A DNA stretch of 64,000 nt from Candidatus Omnitrophota bacterium (lineage in GTDB: Bacteria; Omnitrophota; Gorgyraeia; Zapsychrales; Zapsychraceae). A model generated the notes under the pieces. That model was not told where the DNA came from, did no database searches, and saw only the letters and a list, made by a program, of their open reading frames with translations. Below, piece by piece: positions 40,431 to 49,580 of this stretch. A program made the translations under genes and the position numbers. The DNA is taken from positions 68,041-132,040 of the forward strand of contig JAIORP010000171.1 of assembly GCA_021108075.1 (NCBI GenBank). Direction: 5' to 3'. Positions within the stretch are counted from its first letter, which is position 1. Each line of letters starts with the position of its first letter.

Positions 40431-41222
40431 TTATTGTGATAATTCTTTCGCTCTCTTACGCGCGGCTTTTATCGCGTTTTTGTAAACCAACGCCATCTGG
40501 CCGGCATGTAAAACATCCAAAGCCGCCTGGGTTGTCCCCCCTCTGGATGTGACCCGTTGGCGCAATGTTGCGGCATCCTCATGCGCTGACTCCAGGAGTT
40601 CCAGGCTTCCTTTGAGCGTCTGCCGAACCAATTGTTGGGCGACGTGTTGTTCAAATCCAAGTGATCGCGCCGCCGCCATCAAACATTCAATAAAGAAAAA
40701 AACATAGGCAGGGCCGCTGCCGGAAACCGCAGTAATACCATCCATCTCTTTTTCTTGCACAACGACGGTCGTTCCCACACAATTAAAAATCTTTTTCACC
40801 ATGCCTAAATCTTTTTTCAAGGCGTGAGAACCCGCGCAAATAGCGGTGACGCCAAACTGGACCTGAGCCGGTAAATTCGGCATTGTCCGGACCACCCGGC
40901 AATGCGTGCCGATTCTTTTCGTTATATAATCTATCGTAATCCCGGCAGCAATGGACACAACCAAATGCTTTTTCGTTATAAAAGGCTGCAGGGTCGTCAA
41001 AAGCTCATCAAATATCTGAGGTTTAACAGCTAAAATAATGATATCCGACTGAGACAATAACGACTGGAGATCCAATGATTGAACCTGATATTCCCGCACC
41101 AGATTACGGCATTTCTTTTTATCTGGATCCGTTATATACACCTGATAGTCCTGGTGAATTCCAGATACAATAGCAGAACCCATATTGCCGGCCCCGACAA
41201 ATCCAACGCTTTTTTGTTTCAT
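40431..41222 (-). CDS. proC: Pyrroline-5-carboxylate reductase
   Basis: GAGNMG, LAVKPQ, RTMPN, SGSGPAY, VTSRGGTT. Confidence 0.95.
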   Translation of the reverse strand: MKQKSVGFVGAGNMGSAIVSGIHQDYQVYITDPDKKKCRNLVREYQVQSLDLQSLLSQSDIIILAVKPQIFDELLTTLQPFITKKHLVVSIAAGITIDYITKRIGTHCRVVRTMPNLPAQVQFGVTAICAGSHALKKDLGMVKKIFNCVGTTVVVQEKEMDGITAVSGSGPAYVFFFIECLMAAARSLGFEQHVAQQLVRQTLKGSLELLESAHEDAATLRQRVTSRGGTTQAALDVLHAGQMALVYKNAIKAARKRAKELSQ

Positions 41223-41415
41223 TTTCTATAAACCATTGATCTAAAATAATATTTGATTTTGTAAAATCTTGACCAAGTAAATTATCATAAATGTCGTATG
41301 GAGTCAATCTTGTATTAAAGGTGAATAAATTTTATAGTAATCAGGAAAATCATAATAAGATTAATAGTAATTAAGACGTGATCAAACGTGTTGATGCCAC
41401 TATGCCGCGTATTTA

Positions 41416-41600
41416 TACCAAATCCATTAAATAATGACCAAAGTCATTATAATATTCTCGACGCTTTAACGAAAATAACACCTTTTAAAATAGGACAATT
41501 ATACCAATTCCATTAAATAATGACCAATGCCAATTCTGCTTTTCAGAATTAAGATAAAACAATTTATTAATGGATTTGATATTATTTAACGTATTTGGTA
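41416..41600. mobile_element. MITE-like element, subfamily B, interrupted by a nested copy
   Basis: TACCAAATCC...ATTTGGTA with TTA flanks; removing the inner 80 bp plus one TTA leaves 102 bp collinear with 62426-62526. Confidence 0.85.
41502..41581. mobile_element. MITE-like element, subfamily A-short, nested in the B copy
   Basis: TACCAATTCCATTAA...TTAATGGATTTGATA, 80 bp, TTA on both flanks (41499-41501, 41582-41584). Confidence 0.87.
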
Positions 41601-42689
41601 TTATTCCTGATTTGAATACATTTTCACAAATTCTTTCTCAAATGTCGGCCAATCAAAACTTTTTTCGGCTATAACAGACAATTGATCTCCCGCTTCAATC
41701 TTTTGATCGGGCAACGGTGACGTGTTGATGGTCTCTCCGCGAATATGCGCTAAGGCATTAAAAGGGATGTTCAACCGGCCAGAAATATCCAAGGCCGTTT
41801 TAACAAATTCCCCCCAGGTCCATCCGACTAGTTGAGCCGGCGATATCGTTTGAGTATTCGGCCCTTCACTGTTGGTCAAAATATGCTGAACAACTGATGA
41901 TGAATGGGCATCCTGGCATTCCTGTACAGCGGCCAGTAACTCAAGATTCTGAATGATCCCAATGGCTTTTTTGGAAAACATCCATTGATTTTTCGGTTCA
42001 ACAAGAATATAAATGACCTGTGCATCCTGACCGGCAAAGCGCAACACCAGATCAACAAGACGCGACGTCGCCAAGTCTGACTCAGGGGTACAAGCATCCG
42101 CAGGAAAAATCAAAACGCATTTATTGTCCTGCAAAGCGGCCTGTTCGTATGTGCGTTTTTCATGACTGTATCCATGAATAAAATGAATTTTATTATGTTT
42201 GGCTAATAGGGTCGGCGACAGCTCCGTCATATTGCTGTCAATAATGCAAATGCCGACATCCGGTTCCCGGGAAACGAGCTCGTGCACAAACAATTCAAAA
42301 TTTTCTCCTGGATAATTAAAAATCACGTACCCATCTTTGTAGGGATTCTTCAACATGCCCAACCTCCTTTGATCAGCAATATACTGCTTTAAATCAACAG
42401 CATGACTGATCACAACGCCCAAACAAGCCATGCCCATTATTCCGAATAACATTGTCAGGATTCTTCCAGCTGTTGTCTGTGCCGGCGCATTCCCGTATCC
42501 AATGGTTGTTTCGGTTTGCCAGACCTGCCATACCGCCTCAACCCAAGAAATATTTTCTGTCACCTTTATCCCCAGCACAAAGAGAGCTGAGATGATCAAT
42601 AGATACAAAATAAACTCAACCACGACCAAGATGGGAAGCGGCAAGTTATTTTTACTCCTAACTTTTAATAAGAGCCAGCGGGCAAACAT
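41601..42689 (-). CDS. Potassium channel protein with RCK/TrkA-like domain
   Basis: 2 TM and pore with TTIGYG filter; start reassigned to ATG 42689 (GGAGGAATAAG upstream). Confidence 0.88.
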   Translation of the reverse strand: MFARWLLLKVRSKNNLPLPILVVVEFILYLLIISALFVLGIKVTENISWVEAVWQVWQTETTIGYGNAPAQTTAGRILTMLFGIMGMACLGVVISHAVDLKQYIADQRRLGMLKNPYKDGYVIFNYPGENFELFVHELVSREPDVGICIIDSNMTELSPTLLAKHNKIHFIHGYSHEKRTYEQAALQDNKCVLIFPADACTPESDLATSRLVDLVLRFAGQDAQVIYILVEPKNQWMFSKKAIGIIQNLELLAAVQECQDAHSSSVVQHILTNSEGPNTQTISPAQLVGWTWGEFVKTALDISGRLNIPFNALAHIRGETINTSPLPDQKIEAGDQLSVIAEKSFDWPTFEKEFVKMYSNQE

Positions 42690-42825
42690 CTTATTCCTCC
42701 TGACGCACAGGTTTTCGGGAAAGTTTAAAACGCGTCGTTGACGATAAAGCACATTTAAAACAGTGACGGGACCAATCGAAAAAGGATACCCCCTCAAGAC
42801 ATTATCGTCGTACTCCGCATATTTA

Positions 42826-43027
42826 TACCAATGCCATTGAATCTCCTCGGAGCAAAGCTCAGAGGCATTCACTCCATTGAATAATGACCAAAACCGATTC
42901 CGCTTTTCTCGACGCTAAGGCAAGAATATCAGAATTAAAATAGAACAATTATTTAACCCGGAAAACGCAATGGGATCTAAAACTCGTCGCAATTGCTCCG
43001 TTACTCCCGGGGTTAATGGATTTGATA
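42826..43027. mobile_element. MITE-like element, subfamily A, carrying two secondary insertions
   Basis: TACCAATGCC...TTAATGGATTTGATA, TTA flanks; 202 bp minus 40-bp and 60-bp insertions gives 102 bp. Confidence 0.82.
42957..43012. mobile_element. 56-bp element with CCCGG ends and TTAA duplication
   Basis: TTAA-CCCGGAAAACG...CGTTACTCCCGGGG-TTAA inside the right arm of the host MITE. Confidence 0.65.
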
Positions 43028-43086
43028 TTACGGCCGGCTGACCGCCATACAGGCCATAAAAAGGCACACGCCAATCAATAAAAATA

Positions 43087-45873
43087 TTATAGCGGATCAT
43101 GAATAAAATCAACCTTCGGATTCAATATTTCCTGCATGATAAATTCCAGGGCTGAAAGAAACCGTTGGTTGACCATATCCGCGTCCATATCTATCTTCGG
43201 CAAAAAAGGCTGCCATTCCAGCGTGCGGATATTATAGATGGCGGCATTTAATGGTTTGTCGCCAAATTCTTTTTTAAGAAAATAATAATAGAGTGGCAAT
43301 TGGAATGATCCAAATTGGTCTTTAAGGACTTCCCTGGAAAGCGGCATATTGTTAAGCGGGGTCATGTTCTTTTTTATTGGCTGAGCACTGCCTGTTTTAT
43401 AATCAATGACCATGATTGATCCGTTTTGCATTTGATCAATGCGATCGACGATATAATTAAACGATATGTTTCCACCGGATAATGGAATATGATTGCGGTA
43501 GCGTTTCTCAAGGCACAAAATCTTTTCAACCTTCCGGTCAGGGCTTTGGTCTTCATATGTCAATAAGCGCTGCAAACGTTCCCGCAAGACCGCTTGAAGC
43601 AAAAATGAATCTGATTTAAAACTTCGGTCAAAAACATCTTTAAACAAAACCTCGAACAATTCAAAGAATCTTCTTCTAAAGACATCATCAATGACGGGCT
43701 GCTTGCCGATAAAAGGCAAGTACGCCTTTTCTAATAATTCATGGATAAACGTTCCAACTTGTTTCGACTCCGGCTCATCCAACAAATCATCTTTTTCTTT
43801 CACACCCAGAACATAGGCGAAATAAAAATCAATCGGATTCCGCACGTACATATTCAGGCTCGAGGCGGAATAGACATGCTGACGGAGAAATTCGATCATA
43901 GCCGGAGTCTTTTTGACAAAATAGGGCTGAGCGTCAACTGTGACAGAAAATTCCGAACGGACAACAGGCAAAACATCCTTTCGATTGAATTTCTTTTGTT
44001 CTTCCCAGACCAACTCTTCAATAAACCGGCTTCTCTCTTTATCCCGGCTTTCCTGATACACAAGATGAACATTCCGGGCAGAAGAAATCAAACGGAGAAA
44101 TTGATACCGCTGTATTTCTTCCTCTTGTTCTAATCGGTCCAAGTTTAAACTAATCATGACATCCCTCGGGATGAGCGGTTCATACAGATTCAAGCGCGGC
44201 AGCGCGCCCTCATTCATGTCGAGCACAATTACATTCTCAAAATTCAGTGAACGCGTCTCAAACAATCCTAAAATCTGCAGACCTTTTAAGGGAGACCCCT
44301 TAAAGGCAATGATTTCGCTCTCAATACGCCGGTTAAAAATTTTAAAGATATCTTCAACCGGCATCACTTCTTCCGTGAACGGTACTTCTCCCAACTCACA
44401 AATTAATGCCATTAACTTATGGGCAATGTTAACATTCAAGGGGTAGGACGACACATCTTTGTTTGTAATGATTTCTCTGAGAAAAGATTGAAGGACTCCC
44501 ACAAATTTCTTCAATGAAACGGCCTCTTCCCAGGCGGCAAAAAACATTTGATGCAAATATTGCAATAATTGCGACAACTGCTCTTGCGACACATCATAGC
44601 CGGCTTTTTGAGCAACTGATATTGTCAGACCATACAAGTCATCCGACTTTTCGACCTCTTTGATGTCCAAAAACAGCATCCCTGACAACGAGCACTTTTC
44701 TTCGCCTGTTAGAACACGTTCAATTTGACGGACCAACAGTTTTGTCAGCTCCGGGTCCAAATCCTGCGATAGGCCCTTCACATACGGATGCTTGAGTGTC
44801 TTTAAATAATCTTTGGCGTAATAGCGTCGGTCTTTGCGCGACAATTGAGTTTTCAGGACACAATCCAACAAGGCATACAAGCTGCTTCGTTTAACAGGAT
44901 ACCCCATAGATATATTAAATTCCTGAATAAAGTCTGAAATTTCAGACAATAACGGGACAATTTGATTGGGATCGGGCAAAACAATCACGGTCTGTTGCCA
45001 GTCTTGAATCTTTTTTAATATTTCTCTGACAATGCCTACCTGCGCGTGCAGGTTAACCCCGGCATAAATATTCAAAGAAAACTTTGTTTCCTGGGGCTGG
45101 TCACCTTCTCGCAAAACCGTACGATATTTTTGACTCCATTTTTTTAAAATCGGCCATCTCCGCTCATCACCTTGAAAAACGAAGGACGCCTTGCCCTTCT
45201 GAAACAGAACATCTGCCACCATTTCTTCACAACGGTTAAAATAGAAAAAATTGCAAAAAATATACTGGTCCATCTGGCTCAAGTCATATTCCGCCACCAG
45301 ACCCGCCGCTTTATAATACTGATACCCCCGCGAGAATTCGTTGGTCTGTTCCAACTGTTGATGATAAAACTGACGCAATTTGACGATATGCCCCAGCAAC
45401 TTATTGATGTCTTCAGGCACAGGATAACCAATTTCCGCGTGCGCCTGAATGTGCTGAAGGTCTTTGGCGTCGACGCGTTCGAGATCTAATAAATCAATAA
45501 AATGCAATATCTCTTGCGCCCAGGGCATAAACTGCGCGAACCTGGTCCTTTTGTGCAAGACCTCAGGGGCATACGTCTGAGCCAAAGCATATAACCGGTA
45601 ACACGCGTCGAGCTCATTTAAGACGGTGAATGATATTTGTTTTCGAACAATATCGCCCATCAATTCATCTATAGAAAAAAACCGCGGGGGAATATAACTC
45701 TTTTTGAAAACACGCGCGAGTTCCCATCTCACAAAGAGAGCCGGTCTTTTACCCCCAAAAACAAGGGCCAGGCGGTGAAGGTCCTTACCCTGATCGATAT
45801 AATTCTTTTGAATATATCCAACCAGACAAGGAATGTACTTTTCACAAAAACCATATGTGACAATTTCACCCAT
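43087..45873 (-). CDS. AddB-like PD-(D/E)XK nuclease protein
   Basis: LQILGLFETR, NEG.LP, SASSL, VGTFIHELLE, DRID...IDYKTG. Confidence 0.82.
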   Translation of the reverse strand: MGEIVTYGFCEKYIPCLVGYIQKNYIDQGKDLHRLALVFGGKRPALFVRWELARVFKKSYIPPRFFSIDELMGDIVRKQISFTVLNELDACYRLYALAQTYAPEVLHKRTRFAQFMPWAQEILHFIDLLDLERVDAKDLQHIQAHAEIGYPVPEDINKLLGHIVKLRQFYHQQLEQTNEFSRGYQYYKAAGLVAEYDLSQMDQYIFCNFFYFNRCEEMVADVLFQKGKASFVFQGDERRWPILKKWSQKYRTVLREGDQPQETKFSLNIYAGVNLHAQVGIVREILKKIQDWQQTVIVLPDPNQIVPLLSEISDFIQEFNISMGYPVKRSSLYALLDCVLKTQLSRKDRRYYAKDYLKTLKHPYVKGLSQDLDPELTKLLVRQIERVLTGEEKCSLSGMLFLDIKEVEKSDDLYGLTISVAQKAGYDVSQEQLSQLLQYLHQMFFAAWEEAVSLKKFVGVLQSFLREIITNKDVSSYPLNVNIAHKLMALICELGEVPFTEEVMPVEDIFKIFNRRIESEIIAFKGSPLKGLQILGLFETRSLNFENVIVLDMNEGALPRLNLYEPLIPRDVMISLNLDRLEQEEEIQRYQFLRLISSARNVHLVYQESRDKERSRFIEELVWEEQKKFNRKDVLPVVRSEFSVTVDAQPYFVKKTPAMIEFLRQHVYSASSLNMYVRNPIDFYFAYVLGVKEKDDLLDEPESKQVGTFIHELLEKAYLPFIGKQPVIDDVFRRRFFELFEVLFKDVFDRSFKSDSFLLQAVLRERLQRLLTYEDQSPDRKVEKILCLEKRYRNHIPLSGGNISFNYIVDRIDQMQNGSIMVIDYKTGSAQPIKKNMTPLNNMPLSREVLKDQFGSFQLPLYYYFLKKEFGDKPLNAAIYNIRTLEWQPFLPKIDMDADMVNQRFLSALEFIMQEILNPKVDFIHDPL

Positions 45874-48800
45874 GAATCTGTTCCATTTTCTTTTCCTCCC
45901 AAAAAAGGAGATAACTGAGCACGTCTTTGTCGGGATAAATCTCCTTGACGATATCCTGATATTCCCTGATTTGCTTCATTTGCTGATCCTTCCCTCGCGT
46001 CGTCCTTTTATAATCAACTAAAACCACTCGATCATCAAAAACCATCAAACGGTCAATCCGTTTAACATGACCGCGCGCGTCGACCAAATCGTTCTCGGTC
46101 AAAACAGTTGCCCCCCGCACATAAAAGAAATCATGCATGGATTCAAGTTGGATGAGTTCACGGACGGCGTCATAATATTCACTAAAATCAGATATGCTTC
46201 CATATCGCGTTTTCAAGCGCGGATGCACGGATTCCCATATCGCGGCGAAGTCCTGGTCATGCAGATTATGAACAAAAGACAAAACATAATGGACAATTTC
46301 CCCTCTGGTCCTGTTTTCATCGATTTGAACAGCCTTTAGAGGGACCCATTCATCCTGGAGGCAGTCAATCCAGTTGCAATAGCGTGAAAAAGGTATCGTC
46401 AAAATTTCGCTGTCCGAAATTTCGGTTTGAGGATATGAGGCTTCGGCCCCCTGATCATACCATTCTCCAGGAATAAGCCATGTCGCGACATTAAAGCTAC
46501 GGCCTATCCGCTTCGGGATAAACGCATACAATTCCTTTTGTGGGCGGGTTAACGCCACATAGGCACTGTTTAATTCAGCCATAAACATTTTTTTATAATG
46601 CCGCGCGTGGACCGCGTAAATCTCGTCAGAAAAAGAAAGATATTTATTTTTATGCCGCATCATTTTTAAATGGTCGTCATCCTGCTCGACAAGATAAGAT
46701 ATTTGTTTTTCTCCCCCTTGCGCGATTTGCAGGTCAAAACCCAGGTACGGGATAATAACAACAGGAAATTCCAATCCTTTTGATTTATGGACCGTCATAA
46801 TCCTGATCGCGTCGCTGTCTGTCATCCGGACATACAAATCTTCTCCGAGTAGTCCTTCGACGTAGTCGAGAAAAGACCGGATATCATAACCCTCTTCTTC
46901 ATATTTCTTAATTAAGTCTAACCAATGAACGAGAAACCCCTGACTATCCGGAAACTTTTCATAGCACGCGTAACGGCTGTAAATACTGATCATGAATTCA
47001 TATAGCGGATAAAGGCCGACATTCTGAAAGAAGGGCTCAATATACGTCTGCCAGATATCCTGATAAGCCTGTTTAAATTCCTGATACAGGCTGCCAGACC
47101 CGTCCGAAACAAGTTTCTGGCGACACGAAAAAATATACTCATGCATCTGTGCCGAAGGCAAACCCGTCGCCCGTTCAAAAAGCTGGCTTGTCAAAAAATA
47201 GGCAAACGACAAATTATCATCCGGCCGGTCCAAGAATGATAAGAAAAAAATTAACTCCCTGATTAAGAAATGTTCCTTGATATTAGACGTCCGATCGGAA
47301 ACAACACGAAAACCCTGTTCCATGAGCCCACAGGTCAATGCCTCGATTTGTTTATTGTTCCGTGTCAAAATCGCGATATCCTGCAACGCGAAGCGCCCTT
47401 TTGAATCTTCAAGCACGTCAAGTATGCGTTGAAAGATATACTCATCGCGTTCTTCTTTATTCTCAATATCGACATACTCGCAATGGACATAGCCTTTATT
47501 GTAACGGGGCAAAGAAATTTGCTGCGCGCGCGAAAAAATATGATCCAATTCGGTCAAGTCCTCCGCGTTCATCCAGACCGGATGACTTTTTTTCTTTTCG
47601 ACATCATACGCTTCCTTACACGATATAAATTTTCTTAAATTTTCAACACTAAAGACAGCGTTATTAAAATCGACAATGGCCTTTTCGCTCCGCCAATTCG
47701 TGTTTAAAAAATCTTCACGGACATTAAACGATTGAAATCTTTTTTTGATTTCATCAAAAAGGCCCACATCTCCTCCACGAAAACTATAAATCGCCTGTTT
47801 GCGGTCCCCGACATAAAACAGCGAGCCTCCGGAAGAAAGGGCCTCCTCGATCATGTTTTCGAGATTCCGCCATTGAATGCGACTGGTGTCTTGAAATTCA
47901 TCGATAAGATAATGATGAAAACGAGTAGCCAGGCGATAATACAACTCCTCCACAGTGACATAATCATGATCAAACAGGGATTGCGCCCGCTGATTTAACT
48001 CCGACAGGAATATGATGTCCTCCTTTTGCGTGACCTCATAAAAAACCTTCATAATGTGCTGGCCTAAAGCAATGTATGGATTAAACAAAGAAAAGGCCTC
48101 ATGGTAGCAGAACAGTTTGATTTCCTGATGAATTCGCGACCATAACTTATCCACCGCAGCCGAGACATCGGCATTCTTACGGACAGGAATGGCTTCACGG
48201 CTGAAATAATTGGATATGCCGTCGACATCAAATCCTTTCTGCGACCGATCTAAAAAATTCTTTAAACTCCGGGCGAAACGCTTATCAACCTGCTCAGGCA
48301 ATTGCTCATCCAGTAGCTGGATGAGCTTCAGAATCTTTATTTTGTGTTTGCTTAAATCCTCCGCGGAAAAAGGACTGGCCTCAAAATATCGACCGTAAGT
48401 ATTGTATTGTTCGAACAAAGACACAAGGATGGCTAACATGTCTTTCTTGGGAAACCATCCCCGGCGATTCTCCAGATACAGATAATTATGAAGAAACAGC
48501 TCAAAAAGACGCCTCAAGGCCTTATCCGTCCGCGCCTGATCAATTAATAAATCGAGGCTGTAGTTCAGGTACGTCTGAATGTTTGTTTTAATTTTAAAAT
48601 TCGCCGTTAAGCCAACCTTAAAAGCGCATCCGGATAATAAACTATTGATAAACTTATCAATGGTCTGAACTTGAAAAAAATTGTAATGCCGAATGATCAA
48701 TTCCATCAACTGGAACGATTTCTTCTGAACAACATCTGGATCCAATTGGAGCGGTGATAAAATACGCTCGACTTCTTCATCCGAAAAAAGGCCTAAGGCC

Positions 48801-49030
48801 ATCGATTTCAAAAAATCTAAGATACGCGCCTTCATCTCTAAAGAAGCCTTATTCGTGAAAGTGATCGCTAAAATATGCCGCATGGGAAGAGGGACCGCGT
48901 TCCATTTCGGGTGGAGAAGCAATTGAACATACCGCCGGGCCAACGTAAACGTCTTGCCTGAGCCGGCTGATGCTTCGACGACTCGAACTTCGGGGAAAAC
49001 ATTAAAGTCATTTTGATTTTGCTTTTCCAT
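45866..49030 (-). CDS. AddA/RecB-like UvrD helicase-nuclease
   Basis: ASAGSGKT, AITFTNKA, IDEFQDTS, VGDRKQAIYSFRGG, MTVHKSKGLEF, YVALTR, RIDRL...VDYK. Confidence 0.9.
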   Translation of the reverse strand: MEKQNQNDFNVFPEVRVVEASAGSGKTFTLARRYVQLLLHPKWNAVPLPMRHILAITFTNKASLEMKARILDFLKSMALGLFSDEEVERILSPLQLDPDVVQKKSFQLMELIIRHYNFFQVQTIDKFINSLLSGCAFKVGLTANFKIKTNIQTYLNYSLDLLIDQARTDKALRRLFELFLHNYLYLENRRGWFPKKDMLAILVSLFEQYNTYGRYFEASPFSAEDLSKHKIKILKLIQLLDEQLPEQVDKRFARSLKNFLDRSQKGFDVDGISNYFSREAIPVRKNADVSAAVDKLWSRIHQEIKLFCYHEAFSLFNPYIALGQHIMKVFYEVTQKEDIIFLSELNQRAQSLFDHDYVTVEELYYRLATRFHHYLIDEFQDTSRIQWRNLENMIEEALSSGGSLFYVGDRKQAIYSFRGGDVGLFDEIKKRFQSFNVREDFLNTNWRSEKAIVDFNNAVFSVENLRKFISCKEAYDVEKKKSHPVWMNAEDLTELDHIFSRAQQISLPRYNKGYVHCEYVDIENKEERDEYIFQRILDVLEDSKGRFALQDIAILTRNNKQIEALTCGLMEQGFRVVSDRTSNIKEHFLIRELIFFLSFLDRPDDNLSFAYFLTSQLFERATGLPSAQMHEYIFSCRQKLVSDGSGSLYQEFKQAYQDIWQTYIEPFFQNVGLYPLYEFMISIYSRYACYEKFPDSQGFLVHWLDLIKKYEEEGYDIRSFLDYVEGLLGEDLYVRMTDSDAIRIMTVHKSKGLEFPVVIIPYLGFDLQIAQGGEKQISYLVEQDDDHLKMMRHKNKYLSFSDEIYAVHARHYKKMFMAELNSAYVALTRPQKELYAFIPKRIGRSFNVATWLIPGEWYDQGAEASYPQTEISDSEILTIPFSRYCNWIDCLQDEWVPLKAVQIDENRTRGEIVHYVLSFVHNLHDQDFAAIWESVHPRLKTRYGSISDFSEYYDAVRELIQLESMHDFFYVRGATVLTENDLVDARGHVKRIDRLMVFDDRVVLVDYKRTTRGKDQQMKQIREYQDIVKEIYPDKDVLSYLLFWEEKKMEQIHG

Positions 49031-49580
49031 ACACAGGATCCATCTTCATTGACAGTTAAACAGGGCGATCCTTTATCAAACGGCGTCCGTCCCACAGGCT
49101 GGCCGAAATAGCGCTTGTCCAGTATCCGGGCGACAGAAAAAACGACGCGAGTTTCTTTCCACCGGAACACACACCGGATATTCAGACAGTCATTATATAC
49201 CACATCGCTCATTCGGCAAAGACTGACGCAATGCTAGGGATTTTTTATTTAGTGGGAGAGGAAATAACGCGGCTGACCAAAAGCGAATGTTGGACATTGT
49301 TTATACACCGCCCGCGCATCATCTGGAATAAAATAACAAAAAATGATCATTGTCATAACAATCAAAAACCCCATATATATCGTGCCGCTGATCAGAAAAT
49401 GTTGTTTGAACCATTCCATCATCATATCGTCCTTAAATTTTTTTTATCATTTTAACACCTTCTTAGGATAATTTAAATAGTCTGGTTCCGCCTTAGACTA
49501 ATCTCATTCCCCTTTATTGTTGTTAAATATTTATATATATAATACTAGAATTAGTTGTATAAATAAGATTCGAATGTATA

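Noticed and set aside
41416-41600. Direct repeat of TACCAAWTCCATTAAATAATGACCAA 86 bp apart, resembling a mini CRISPR array
   Set aside because: Fully explained by a nested MITE; only two units, no unique spacers and no cas genes
42690-42825. Possible c-di-AMP (ydaO) riboswitch before the K+ channel
   Set aside because: The conserved ydaO sequence blocks were not found by eye
42690-42872. 61-aa N-terminal extension of the K+ channel ORF
   Set aside because: Begins inside the MITE and hairpin insert; a strong GGAGG precedes ATG 42689
48868-49455. ORFs 48868-49212 (-) and 49231-49455 (+)
   Set aside because: No motifs or RBS, and the first overlaps the AddA-like gene out of frame
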